Shown here piece by piece: positions 53,395 to 61,756 of a DNA stretch of 64,000 bases (within the stretch, counting starts at the first letter, position 1; each line of letters begins with the position of its first letter). This DNA is from Candidatus Omnitrophota bacterium (GTDB lineage: Bacteria; Omnitrophota; Gorgyraeia; Zapsychrales; Fredricksoniimonadaceae): the NCBI GenBank assembly GCA_015233335.1, contig JADFXX010000009.1:368-64367 (forward strand). The letters are read 5' to 3'. Below the pieces are notes generated by a model. The model was not told the DNA's origin. It did no database searches and saw only the letters and a program-made list of their open reading frames with translations. Made by a program: the position numbers and the translations under genes.

Positions 53395-53586
53395 CATCAA
53401 CTTTGATAGGACGAAGGTTCTTTCAAAGCCTTAAACCCTGGTGATTTCAAGCTTGACCGAGAAAGGAGGGATGAGATAGCAGCGGTTAGGGATCATCATT
53501 TGGGGTCTATATCGTCATATTCCTAGGCCAATAGACACCTAGATATATATTACATATAACTTTTCCTTAAATCTTAGGAGAATGAA

Positions 53587-55005
53587 ATGAAAAAATTATT
53601 AGTTGCAGCTTTAGCAGTATTGATTGCTTCTCCTGCTTTCGCGGCTGTTCAAAACGTGAAAGTCAGCGGGGACATTCAATCCATGTTCATAGATCGCCAA
53701 ACTTTTGATCTTGGCGCCAGGAACGCACAAGGAATACAGCAGGGTTTATTTAAGCAGAACGTATTTGCGGAACAAACCCGCGTGCGTATTGATGCGGATT
53801 TAACCGATAATGTCTCTACCACTGTTCGTTTAATTAACGAATCAGCTTGGGGAACAGATGCTAGCGATGCGTCAAACAAGGCTGTTGATCTTGATCTGGC
53901 CTATGTTACTTTGCGTGAATTCTTATATTCACCGCTTACAGTATCAATCGGTCGTCAAGAATTCATCTTCGGCAACGGCCTGATCATGGGTGGTGGCGCG
54001 AATAACAGCACCTCAGGTCATTTTAACGGTGTTGCCAATGACCTCTCCAAGATCGATGCACAGGATGGTATCAAGGCTGTTTTGGATTATAAGCCTTTGA
54101 CCATCAGCATGTTCTATATCAAGAACAGCCAGACTATTTTTCAAGGCGCTCTTGATAGTGGCGTTAAATCGTCTTCTGATGTCTACGGTGTTAATGGCAA
54201 TTATCAATTAGGTGATGCCATGAACACGGTTTTGGAATCGTATTTGTTCGCAAGATTCAATCAGACCTTGACAGGTGGTTCAACCACTACTATCTGTACT
54301 GGCGGTGTTTGTCCTGATAAGGGAGATAAACTGTATATTCCCGGCTTACGTGTCAGCACCAATCCTGTTAAGGGATTGAACGTGCAGGGCGAATTAGCTT
54401 GGCAGCTTGGTCAGAAAACTGTGGGTACTACCACACAGGAATCTGAGCATCGTAATGCCATGGCCGCTCAATTCATGGCCAGCTATGCATTACCCGTGTT
54501 GGAGAAATATAAACCAACCGTAAATGCTTCTTATACCAAGGTTACCGGGGATAAGAACCGGTTTGCAAATTACGGTTCAGATGCTGTTAAATCTGCCAAG
54601 GTTTACACAGCTTGGGATCCTATGTTTGAAAATCAAGGTGGTGGTACTATCTACAATACCTTGTTCAACTTAACCGATATGAATATTCTCAGTGTCGGAG
54701 CTTCAGTGAATCCTATTCAAGATGTGACAACCTCCTTAACATGGAGCAATTTATCCCTTGATAAGAAAATCAGACTCGGAAATACAGTAGCGTTTCTTCA
54801 GCCAGATGGTTCTTCTGCTGGTGCCTTAGTGCCAACCGGCCGTAAAGACATCGGCAATGAGCTTGACTTGAACGGCAACTATGCTTATACCGAAGATGTT
54901 AATTTCGGTGTCAGCCTAGGCTGGTTTGTTCCTGGTGGCACCTTCACCAGCGCCAACAACAGCGTTGCCAAGCAAGCCCTGGCTTACGTTGATGTGAACT
55001 TCTAA
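53587..55005 (+). CDS. outer-membrane beta-barrel protein (porin / alginate-export-like)
   Basis: Signal peptide ending SPAFA|A, alternating beta-strand pattern, C-terminal YVDVNF. Confidence 0.65.
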   Translation: MKKLLVAALAVLIASPAFAAVQNVKVSGDIQSMFIDRQTFDLGARNAQGIQQGLFKQNVFAEQTRVRIDADLTDNVSTTVRLINESAWGTDASDASNKAVDLDLAYVTLREFLYSPLTVSIGRQEFIFGNGLIMGGGANNSTSGHFNGVANDLSKIDAQDGIKAVLDYKPLTISMFYIKNSQTIFQGALDSGVKSSSDVYGVNGNYQLGDAMNTVLESYLFARFNQTLTGGSTTTICTGGVCPDKGDKLYIPGLRVSTNPVKGLNVQGELAWQLGQKTVGTTTQESEHRNAMAAQFMASYALPVLEKYKPTVNASYTKVTGDKNRFANYGSDAVKSAKVYTAWDPMFENQGGGTIYNTLFNLTDMNILSVGASVNPIQDVTTSLTWSNLSLDKKIRLGNTVAFLQPDGSSAGALVPTGRKDIGNELDLNGNYAYTEDVNFGVSLGWFVPGGTFTSANNSVAKQALAYVDVNF

Positions 55006-55036
55006 TATTAGAGCTCACAGCTGTAAGTTTCAAAAA

Positions 55037-55067
55037 CCCCCGTTCGACGTTGAACGGGGGTTTTTTT
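55037..55067 (+). terminator. rho-independent terminator
   Basis: CCCCCGTTC / GAACGGGGG stem followed by T7. Confidence 0.85.
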
Positions 55068-55189
55068 ATGACCACGAAAATTTTTTACATTATTATTTGC
55101 ATTTGAATTTTCTTTGTTATGATATTAAATAGATTATAAGATGTTAACACCAAAGTATTTAGAATCCATTTCCATAAAGAAGTGTCGGC

Positions 55190-55768
55190 ATGACCCGTGA
55201 TGAAATATATGATCATCTTGCCAAGGTTTATTTAGGCAAGCGTGAAAGCATTACAGAAAAAAAACGTAAAACCAAACCGGTTAATCGCTCATTGCTGGTC
55301 ATTAATATAGTGATCACAGCGGTGATTACGATATCGACGGTATATGGATTTACGGCCTTTTTAACCCGTCGGGCAGATTTGAAGTCTCAGGTTTTTTATG
55401 CGCTTAACAATAACCCCATTCGAATGAATTATGATCTTAATGACCCGTTTCCGGCGACAAAAACTTTTTCTATTACGATTCCTAACAAGGATGTTTCTAA
55501 ATACAAAGAGTTAAACGTCAGTTTGCGCGGGCTTGACAGTGCTTATCCGGGGATCGTCAAAGTGATCGTGGGGAATCAGAAGAATGAAAAGGCGATTTAT
55601 TATATTCAAAACGTGAATACGAATTGGCGCACGGCCAACATCCCTTTTGAAAAATTAAATTTAACGGATTGGACGACGGTCACGGATGTGTCATTTGTCC
55701 TGGAGGCATGGAACGTGGATTTTCGCCGAGGGACACTGTTGATTGACGGGGTAAGTTTCTCAAATTGA
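55190..55768 (+). CDS. membrane-anchored protein with C-terminal jelly-roll/CBM-like domain (tentative)
   Basis: TM helix at aa 35-57. The C-terminal pattern NWRTANIPFEKLNLTDW..VTDVSFVLEAW...LIDGVSFSN resembles carbohydrate-binding modules. Confidence 0.45.
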   Translation: MTRDEIYDHLAKVYLGKRESITEKKRKTKPVNRSLLVINIVITAVITISTVYGFTAFLTRRADLKSQVFYALNNNPIRMNYDLNDPFPATKTFSITIPNKDVSKYKELNVSLRGLDSAYPGIVKVIVGNQKNEKAIYYIQNVNTNWRTANIPFEKLNLTDWTTVTDVSFVLEAWNVDFRRGTLLIDGVSFSN

Positions 55769-55773
55769 CTGCT

Positions 55774-55839
55774 GTCATTCTGAGGCGAAGCCGAAGAATC
55801 GTAAGGCATCTTTAGATTCTTCGCTGCGATAGGGATGAC
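55774..55839 (+). repeat. palindromic element of the GTCATYCTGAG family
   Basis: GTCATTCTGAGGCGAAGCCGAAGAATC ... GATTCTTCGCTGCGATAGGGATGAC. It lies 6 nt after the upstream stop. Confidence 0.75.
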
Positions 55840-55863
55840 AAATACTCGAAGGAAAACAGACTT

Positions 55864-56967
55864 ATGAAAATTATTTCAATTGCGAATCAAAAAGGCGGAT
55901 GCGGTAAAACAACGACGGCCATTAATTTGGCGGCGACCTTGGCGTTTAATGATCAAAAGATTTTATTGATCGATTTGGATCCCCAGGCGCACGCGACCTT
56001 AGGCCTAAATGTGGATGATCAAAACAGCCTCTATAACTGTATCTCCAAACTGACTCCCCATAAATTAAAGATCAAAGACATCATCAAAAAAGTAAGCAAA
56101 TCCTTTGACATCGTGCCCTCCAATGTCTTAGTCGGCACCCTTGAGCAGGAATTGGCTGATGAGATCGGACGTGAACTGAAATTGACCGAAGCAATCAATG
56201 AGATCAAAGACCTTTATGATTATATTTTGATCGACTGCCCCCCTAGCTTGGGGTTTTTGACGGTTAATGCCATCCGTGCCAGCGATGAGATCGTTGTGCC
56301 CGTTGAGACCAGCCGTTTTTCTATGCAAGGGGTTGACCACCTGATGGATATTGCCAACCTGATCCGTGAGAGGTTAAACCACCCGGTTGAGGCCAAGGTG
56401 TTGATCACCATGTTCGATTCGCGCCTGCAGCATTCTTTTACCATGCTCGGCAAAATGAAAGAAAAGTTCTCAGGCATGCTGTTTGATACGATCGTGCATA
56501 CCAATGTCAAGCTCAAGGAAGCGGCCGTCATGGGAGAGGCGGTCATTAAGTACGATAAATACTGCCGAGGCTCCAAAGATTATTTGAGCCTGGCCCGCGA
56601 GATCTTGAGTGTCAACCGTCCTGTGGCGCCACCCGAGGAAGCCTCGCAGGGATACGCGCCTTCCGAACGCATGCAGGAATTGGTTGAACGTGAAACCAAG
56701 GAATTTTTAAGCTCCACGGCATTCGTCCTAAAGGCCCCGCAGGCCCAATCAGTTTATTTGACGGGGTCCTTTAATGACTGGTCTCTTGATGAAAACTGTC
56801 GTATGACCTCCAAGGAGGGCGTCTGGTCTTTGAATCTTGATCTAAAGCCGGGTGTTTATAGGTATCAATTTATCGTCGACGGTAAATGGCAGCAGGATCC
56901 GTCCAATGCCAGTACTGAGCGCAATTCATTCGGAGATATTAATTCTGTCATTGAGGTCAAAGCCTGA
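55864..56967 (+). CDS. ParA/MinD-family ATPase fused to a C-terminal CBM48 / AMPK-beta glycogen-binding-like domain
   Basis: Deviant Walker A NQKGGCGKTT and Walker B ILIDCPP. C-terminal VYLTGSFNDWS...GVWSLNLDLKPGVYRYQFIVDGKWQQDP. Confidence 0.8.
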   Translation: MKIISIANQKGGCGKTTTAINLAATLAFNDQKILLIDLDPQAHATLGLNVDDQNSLYNCISKLTPHKLKIKDIIKKVSKSFDIVPSNVLVGTLEQELADEIGRELKLTEAINEIKDLYDYILIDCPPSLGFLTVNAIRASDEIVVPVETSRFSMQGVDHLMDIANLIRERLNHPVEAKVLITMFDSRLQHSFTMLGKMKEKFSGMLFDTIVHTNVKLKEAAVMGEAVIKYDKYCRGSKDYLSLAREILSVNRPVAPPEEASQGYAPSERMQELVERETKEFLSSTAFVLKAPQAQSVYLTGSFNDWSLDENCRMTSKEGVWSLNLDLKPGVYRYQFIVDGKWQQDPSNASTERNSFGDINSVIEVKA

Positions 56968-57290
56968 TGCCCGATAGTGGGAATTTCAGCAAAACAGATA
57001 TCCTTGACGGAAAAATGTACGCGGTATTGGCTTATCTTTCCATTTTTTGCATTGTCCCCTTGATCTTCAGAAAGAATAATGCTTTTGTATTGAGCCATGG
57101 CCGGCAGGGTCTCGTGCTTTTTGTGGCGGAGGTGGGGACTCTGGTCTTGAGCATTATTTTTCCTTGGGGCTTGAGACCGTTTTTATTTATTCTTTTCGGA
57201 TTTTCATTTTTGGGGATGGTGGCGGCTATCCGCGGCCAATTTGTCGAATTTCCCCTTATTGCCCGTATCGCTCAAAAAATCACACTTTAA
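56967..57290 (+). CDS. DUF4870-like small membrane protein
   Basis: AYLSIFCIVPLIF...SHGRQGL, with three helices. Confidence 0.5.
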   Translation: MPDSGNFSKTDILDGKMYAVLAYLSIFCIVPLIFRKNNAFVLSHGRQGLVLFVAEVGTLVLSIIFPWGLRPFLFILFGFSFLGMVAAIRGQFVEFPLIARIAQKITL

Positions 57291-57302
57291 TTAAAATGGT
57301 CT

Positions 57303-57752
57303 ATGTTTCGTAAAATTGTGGACGTTCTCAAAGAGGTTTTTTGGATCAAACGCTCGCGCAAGAAGAAAAAGCCTGCCCGCCCTAAATCCGTCAAAAGACC
57401 TGCTGTTAAGAAAAAGGTGGTAAAAAAAGCCGCCAAGCCCCCTTTGAAACCTAAGGTGTCTCCTGTAGCTGTCAAGGCCAAATCTGCCCTCAAGAGGATA
57501 GATCCCTCGCTCGTTCAAGTGGGCGAAATCACGCATTACTTTGACCGAATCAAGGTTTGTGTCGTTAAAGTCACCCAAGGCACTATTTTGATCGGGGACA
57601 AGCTTACCATCATAGGCCCTAAGACAAAATTTATTCAAAAAGTCTGGTCTATCCAAGTTGAGAGTGTCGATGTTAAAGTCGCCCGCAAAGGCCAGCTTAT
57701 TGGCCTTAAGGTGGACAAGATCGTAGCTGTAGGGGACCTTGTCTATAAATGA
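57303..57752 (+). CDS. lysine-rich tail + EF-Tu domain-2-like beta-barrel protein (translation elongation factor-like)
   Basis: N-terminal KKKKPARPKSVKRPAVKKKVVKKAAKPPLKPK, then IGDKLTIIG...ARKGQLIGLKV...GDLVYK. Confidence 0.55.
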   Translation: MFRKIVDVLKEVFWIKRSRKKKKPARPKSVKRPAVKKKVVKKAAKPPLKPKVSPVAVKAKSALKRIDPSLVQVGEITHYFDRIKVCVVKVTQGTILIGDKLTIIGPKTKFIQKVWSIQVESVDVKVARKGQLIGLKVDKIVAVGDLVYK

Positions 57753-57787
57753 TTGCTCCTCTGTGGGGGATATGGTATATTTAAACT

Positions 57788-57970
57788 ATGAGAGGATCTA
57801 AGGGGCAGAATATCGTTGAATACGTGATGCTTGTGGCCGCGATCGCTGTCGTATGCATCGTTTTTTTAAAACCACAGGCGGGCAATCCCATGTACGACGG
57901 CATTAATGCGAGCTTGGGCAGTATGGTGACCCAGATCAATAATTTCAATAGCGCAATCCAGTTTAATTAA
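57788..57970 (+). CDS. Flp/Fap-family type IVb pilin-like protein
   Basis: KGQNIVEYVMLVAAIAVV matches the G-x4-EY Flp motif. Confidence 0.6.
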   Translation: MRGSKGQNIVEYVMLVAAIAVVCIVFLKPQAGNPMYDGINASLGSMVTQINNFNSAIQFN

Positions 57971-57972
57971 TC

Positions 57973-58404
57973 ATGAAAAAGAATGCATCCCCTTCATCAG
58001 CCCACAAGGCTTTGTTCCGCCGTTATTTGCTTTGGGCCTATAAAACCACCAAAGAAAGTTTTGAACGCATCGAGCGCAAAACCACACAATTGATTGTTGA
58101 CGAGTATATTTTAGACAATTTGAAAACCAAAAGCCTGATTCCGGAAAAGTCCAAGGGCGGGTATAATATCATCGTCGATGAATTTGAGGCGTATATCAAA
58201 GCCAAGCGGGCGGATCAGTTGAAGTTAAAATTCTTAAATAGAGATCAGGCAGCATTACATCCGCAGTATTTGTATTTAAAATACCGCCTTAAGGCCATTG
58301 AAGCGGCGATCAGGCATTTTTTGGGACTCAAAGAATTGCATGCGATTGAGATTTTGTACGAAAAGGAAATGACGCAGCGTATTTTACAGGCGCGGGATCA
58401 TTAG
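57973..58404 (+). CDS. hypothetical helical protein
   Basis: 143-aa ORF. No motif recognised. Confidence 0.4.
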   Translation: MKKNASPSSAHKALFRRYLLWAYKTTKESFERIERKTTQLIVDEYILDNLKTKSLIPEKSKGGYNIIVDEFEAYIKAKRADQLKLKFLNRDQAALHPQYLYLKYRLKAIEAAIRHFLGLKELHAIEILYEKEMTQRILQARDH

Positions 58405-58628
58405 TGGTTGTGTGCGTCCTGGATCTTTTGCTTGATATCGTCCATCATTTGTTTCTGCTTATATTTCGTGTCATCGATGGTGTCCTGGACTTGGGTTTTT
58501 GTCGAGGAAGAATCCACAACTGAGGGGGTGTTTAGAAAAGTTTTTGAGACACTTTTAATGTATCCAAAAAATAGGCTTGTGGCCCAGATCCCGGCAATGG
58601 CAGCAATAAGGATATAACCCGCTTTCAT
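58401..58628 (-). CDS. small membrane-anchored protein
   Basis: Start placed at MKAGYILIAAIAGIW (58628). Convergent with the upstream gene. Confidence 0.35.
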   Translation of the reverse strand: MKAGYILIAAIAGIWATSLFFGYIKSVSKTFLNTPSVVDSSSTKTQVQDTIDDTKYKQKQMMDDIKQKIQDAHNH

Positions 58629-58647
58629 ACGTATAGTATATAGTAAA

Positions 58648-59202
58648 ATGACATTATTGAAAATACTGTTTTTTATTTTGTGGTTCTTGCCTGCCTTTAA
58701 AATACAGGCAGACACGCCGGTGGAGATTTATGTTAACGGTGATAAGTATGATTCGATGCAAGCCTATAAAGCATCAAAAGATCAGCCCTCATCTCCCGGA
58801 TTTTTGCCTAAGCCCGTCATGCTCAACAGCCAGCAGGAAGATTTTATCCTCAACCAGGCAAAGAAATTAGGAGTTAAGGTTGAAATAAGCAAGGTCAAAA
58901 CGCTTCAGATGACTGAAGATTTTTTGTCTGAACCGACAGGGAATGAGATGTATGTGCTCAGTGTCGAAAAAGGGGTAGTCGGGGCCTTGAAAGATTTTTA
59001 TAAGACTTTGGGGGCAAGCCCGGATTATCATCTGGGAAGCACTCTTTTGGAAAGCACTTATATCACCCCGGATCAAATGGAAGAGGCTATTAAACAAGCG
59101 GTTACGTTGTCCGCGGCCCCTAAGTTTTTGATTTCCCAGCCAGGAAAGGTGCGTATTTTGACCTTGTCCGCGGACGATACCCAAAAAGAAGTTGACTATT
59201 AA
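58648..59202 (+). CDS. exported hypothetical protein
   Basis: Signal-like N-terminus LKILFFILWFLPAFKIQA. Confidence 0.45.
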   Translation: MTLLKILFFILWFLPAFKIQADTPVEIYVNGDKYDSMQAYKASKDQPSSPGFLPKPVMLNSQQEDFILNQAKKLGVKVEISKVKTLQMTEDFLSEPTGNEMYVLSVEKGVVGALKDFYKTLGASPDYHLGSTLLESTYITPDQMEEAIKQAVTLSAAPKFLISQPGKVRILTLSADDTQKEVDY

Positions 59203-59220
59203 GCTCGCCGATTGTATAAT
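59192..59220 (+). promoter_or_regulatory. near-consensus sigma70 promoter for rpsO
   Basis: TTGACT, 17-nt spacer ending in TG, then TATAAT (59215-59220). Confidence 0.55.
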
Positions 59221-59249
59221 TTCACATTCTTAAAGGGAAGATGAATTAA

Positions 59250-59310
59250 GACCGCAAGTGCGGTCACTCCGGCTTAGGGCTGGAGACATAACACGCATCC
59301 GTAGTTACGG
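59250..59310 (+). promoter_or_regulatory. structured rpsO leader (three small hairpins)
   Basis: GACCGC-AAGT-GCGGTC (59250-59265), CTCCGG...CTGGAG (59267-59285) and CCGTA-GT-TACGG. These lie upstream of SD AAGGAGG. Confidence 0.35.
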
Positions 59311-59330
59311 GGCAAGAAGGAGGAAGTCAG

Positions 59331-59600
59331 TTGGCTATAGTTAAAGAAAAGAAAACAGAGGTCATTAACCGTTTTAAAACGCACGCGAAGGATACGGGTT
59401 CAGCTCCGATCCAGATCGCAGTGTTGACGGAGCAGATCAATCAGCTTAATACGCATTTTCAAATCCACAAGAAGGATTTTCATTCCCGCCGTGGCATGTT
59501 GATGCTCATCGGTCGGCGTCGCCGGCTTTTGGATTATCTCCAGAAGCAAGATCCCAAAAAATACGAAGAAACTATTAACAAGCTCGATTTGCGCAAGTAA
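59331..59600 (+). CDS. rpsO: 30S ribosomal protein S15
   Basis: HAKDTGSAPIQIAVLTEQINQLNTHFQIHKKDFHSRRGMLMLIGRRRRLLDYL. TTG start. Confidence 0.92.
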   Translation: MAIVKEKKTEVINRFKTHAKDTGSAPIQIAVLTEQINQLNTHFQIHKKDFHSRRGMLMLIGRRRRLLDYLQKQDPKKYEETINKLDLRK

Positions 59601-59625
59601 TCGGGTTTTTAAGAAAGGGTCTATT

Positions 59626-61737
59626 ATGGCACAAGGACGTGTGGAAATTCCTTTTGGATCTTCCAATCTTATTATTGAAACAGGTAAAATTGCAAAGCAG
59701 GCTAACGGGGCCGTGACCTTGTCCGTCGGCGGTACGGTTGTGTTGGTGACGGCGTGTATGGCAAAAAAGCCCAAAGAGGGGACTGATTTTTTCCCTTTGA
59801 CAGTAGAATATCAGGAGAAAACTTATTCTGCCGGCAGGATTCCCGGAGGGTTTTTTAAGCGTGAAGGCCGTTCAACAGAGCGCGAAATTTTAGTCTCCCG
59901 TTTGATTGACCGTTCGGTGAGACCTTTATTCCCGCAGGGATGCTTGAATGAGGTGCAGATTGTAGCCTCGGTCTTAAGCCATGATGGGGAAAATGATCCG
60001 GACATTTTGGCAATGATCGGTGCTTCCGGCGCTTTGATGGTTTCAGATATCCCGTATGACGGCCCGATCGGTGCCGTACGGGTGTGTATGATCAACGGAG
60101 AGCTGGTGGCTAATCCCACTTTCGCCGAGCGAAAAACAAGCACCATGGATCTGGTGGTGGCAGGCTGGGGTGATGGGATTGTCATGATTGAAGGGGAAGC
60201 GATCGAAGTGCCGGAAGACAAGGTATTAGAAGGTCTTCAATTCGCCTTGGAGCAATTGCAGGCTTGTAAAGAAGCCCAACTGCAGTTGGCTAAACAAACA
60301 TCTAAGCCTAAAACACAGATCAAATTAAAAGATGTTCATCCGGATTTTGTTCAACATATCCGTCAATTATCATTAGGTTCCTTGAATGAAATATACACAA
60401 AGATTGCCGGTAAAGAAGAGCGTGAAGATGCGGTTAATGCGCTTTTTGAAAAGTTGACCGGTGATTTGGGCGCCTATGCTCAATTTAATACCGAAGGCAA
60501 TGAAATTACAACCTCTGATGTGGTGGCTCAATTTGAAGCCCTGCAGTATGAGGTCATCCGTAACAACGTTTTTGACAAAGGCATCCGTGCCGATGGCCGC
60601 GGCTTAAAAGACATACGGGCGATCAGCTGTGAAGTCAGTGTCCTGCCGCGTACGCATGGTTCATCGCTATTTACCCGCGGACAAACGCAGAGTTTGGGGA
60701 TAATCACGCTTGGCACCAAAGACGACGAGCAATTAGTCGAAGGTTTGGAAGAAACCAGCTATAAGACCTTCATGCTGCATTATAACTTTCCTTCTTTCAG
60801 TGTGGGCGAAACCAAGCCCATGCGCGGTCCCGGACGCCGTGAGATAGGCCATGGGGCTTTGGCCGCCAAGGCTATCCGTGCGGTGTTGCCGTCAAAGGAT
60901 GAATTCCCTTATACCATCCGTGTTGTTTCTGAAATCCTGGAATCCAACGGTTCTTCGTCCATGGCTTCCGTGTGTGCTGGCGCTTTAGCGCTTATGGATG
61001 CCGGAGTTCCCATCAAAAGGCCGGTGGCTGGTATTTCGATCGGTCTTATATCGGATGAGAATCGCACGGTATTGATCACCGATATTATGGGCCTAGAAGA
61101 CCATTTCGGCGATATGGATTTTAAAGTGGCAGGTTCCCGTGATGGTGTCAATGCCATTCAGTTAGACCTTAAGATCAAAAAGCTGTCTATCGAACTTTTA
61201 CGTAAAGCTGTAGCTCAAGCCCGTGAGGCGCGCATGATCATTTTGGATAAAATGCAAGCGTGCATGCCTGCTGTCCGTGCGGAGATGTCGCCCTATGCGC
61301 CGCGTATCGTCACTTTACAGATCCCGCAAGAAAAGATCGGGGAGATTATCGGTCCCGGCGGCAAGACCATCCGCAAGATGATCGAAGAAAGCGGCGTGAC
61401 CTCGATTGACATCGAAGAAGACGGCAAAGTGATCGTTGCGTCCCCCGATAAAGATGCGTTGGATGTGGCGGTCGGGATGATAAAAGCTTTGACTGAGGAG
61501 CCGGAGGTTGGTAAAATTTATGAAGCCACCGTCAAAAGGATCATGAATTTCGGTGCTTTTGTCGAGTTTATTCCCGGACGCGAAGGCTTGGTGCATGTCT
61601 CCGAGCTTTCTAATAAATTTGTCAAAGATGTTAATGATGTGATCAAGATCGGCGATAAGTTTAAAGTCAAGCTCACTGAAAAAGACGAGATGGGCCGCTT
61701 TAACTTAAGTAAAAAACAAGCCGAAACATCTTCTTAA
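59626..61737 (+). CDS. pnp: polyribonucleotide nucleotidyltransferase (PNPase)
   Basis: Two RNase PH domains, KH (IGPGGKTIRK) and S1 (GAFVEFIPGREGLVHVSEL). 703 aa. Confidence 0.95.
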   Translation: MAQGRVEIPFGSSNLIIETGKIAKQANGAVTLSVGGTVVLVTACMAKKPKEGTDFFPLTVEYQEKTYSAGRIPGGFFKREGRSTEREILVSRLIDRSVRPLFPQGCLNEVQIVASVLSHDGENDPDILAMIGASGALMVSDIPYDGPIGAVRVCMINGELVANPTFAERKTSTMDLVVAGWGDGIVMIEGEAIEVPEDKVLEGLQFALEQLQACKEAQLQLAKQTSKPKTQIKLKDVHPDFVQHIRQLSLGSLNEIYTKIAGKEEREDAVNALFEKLTGDLGAYAQFNTEGNEITTSDVVAQFEALQYEVIRNNVFDKGIRADGRGLKDIRAISCEVSVLPRTHGSSLFTRGQTQSLGIITLGTKDDEQLVEGLEETSYKTFMLHYNFPSFSVGETKPMRGPGRREIGHGALAAKAIRAVLPSKDEFPYTIRVVSEILESNGSSSMASVCAGALALMDAGVPIKRPVAGISIGLISDENRTVLITDIMGLEDHFGDMDFKVAGSRDGVNAIQLDLKIKKLSIELLRKAVAQAREARMIILDKMQACMPAVRAEMSPYAPRIVTLQIPQEKIGEIIGPGGKTIRKMIEESGVTSIDIEEDGKVIVASPDKDALDVAVGMIKALTEEPEVGKIYEATVKRIMNFGAFVEFIPGREGLVHVSELSNKFVKDVNDVIKIGDKFKVKLTEKDEMGRFNLSKKQAETSS

Positions 61738-61756
61738 GTTTCCCAAAGGATCGGGC

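Noticed and set aside
53530-53570. dif-like AT-rich palindrome (ATATATATTACATATAAC) in the porin leader
   Set aside because: It lacks the XerC/XerD arm consensus. It is more likely just AT-rich leader sequence.
57291-57656. 121-aa minus-strand ORF
   Set aside because: It is antisense to the EF-like gene, whose + strand product has recognisable domain features. The minus product has none.
59400-60221. 124-aa and 132-aa minus-strand ORFs
   Set aside because: They are antisense to rpsO and pnp, both of which are unambiguous.
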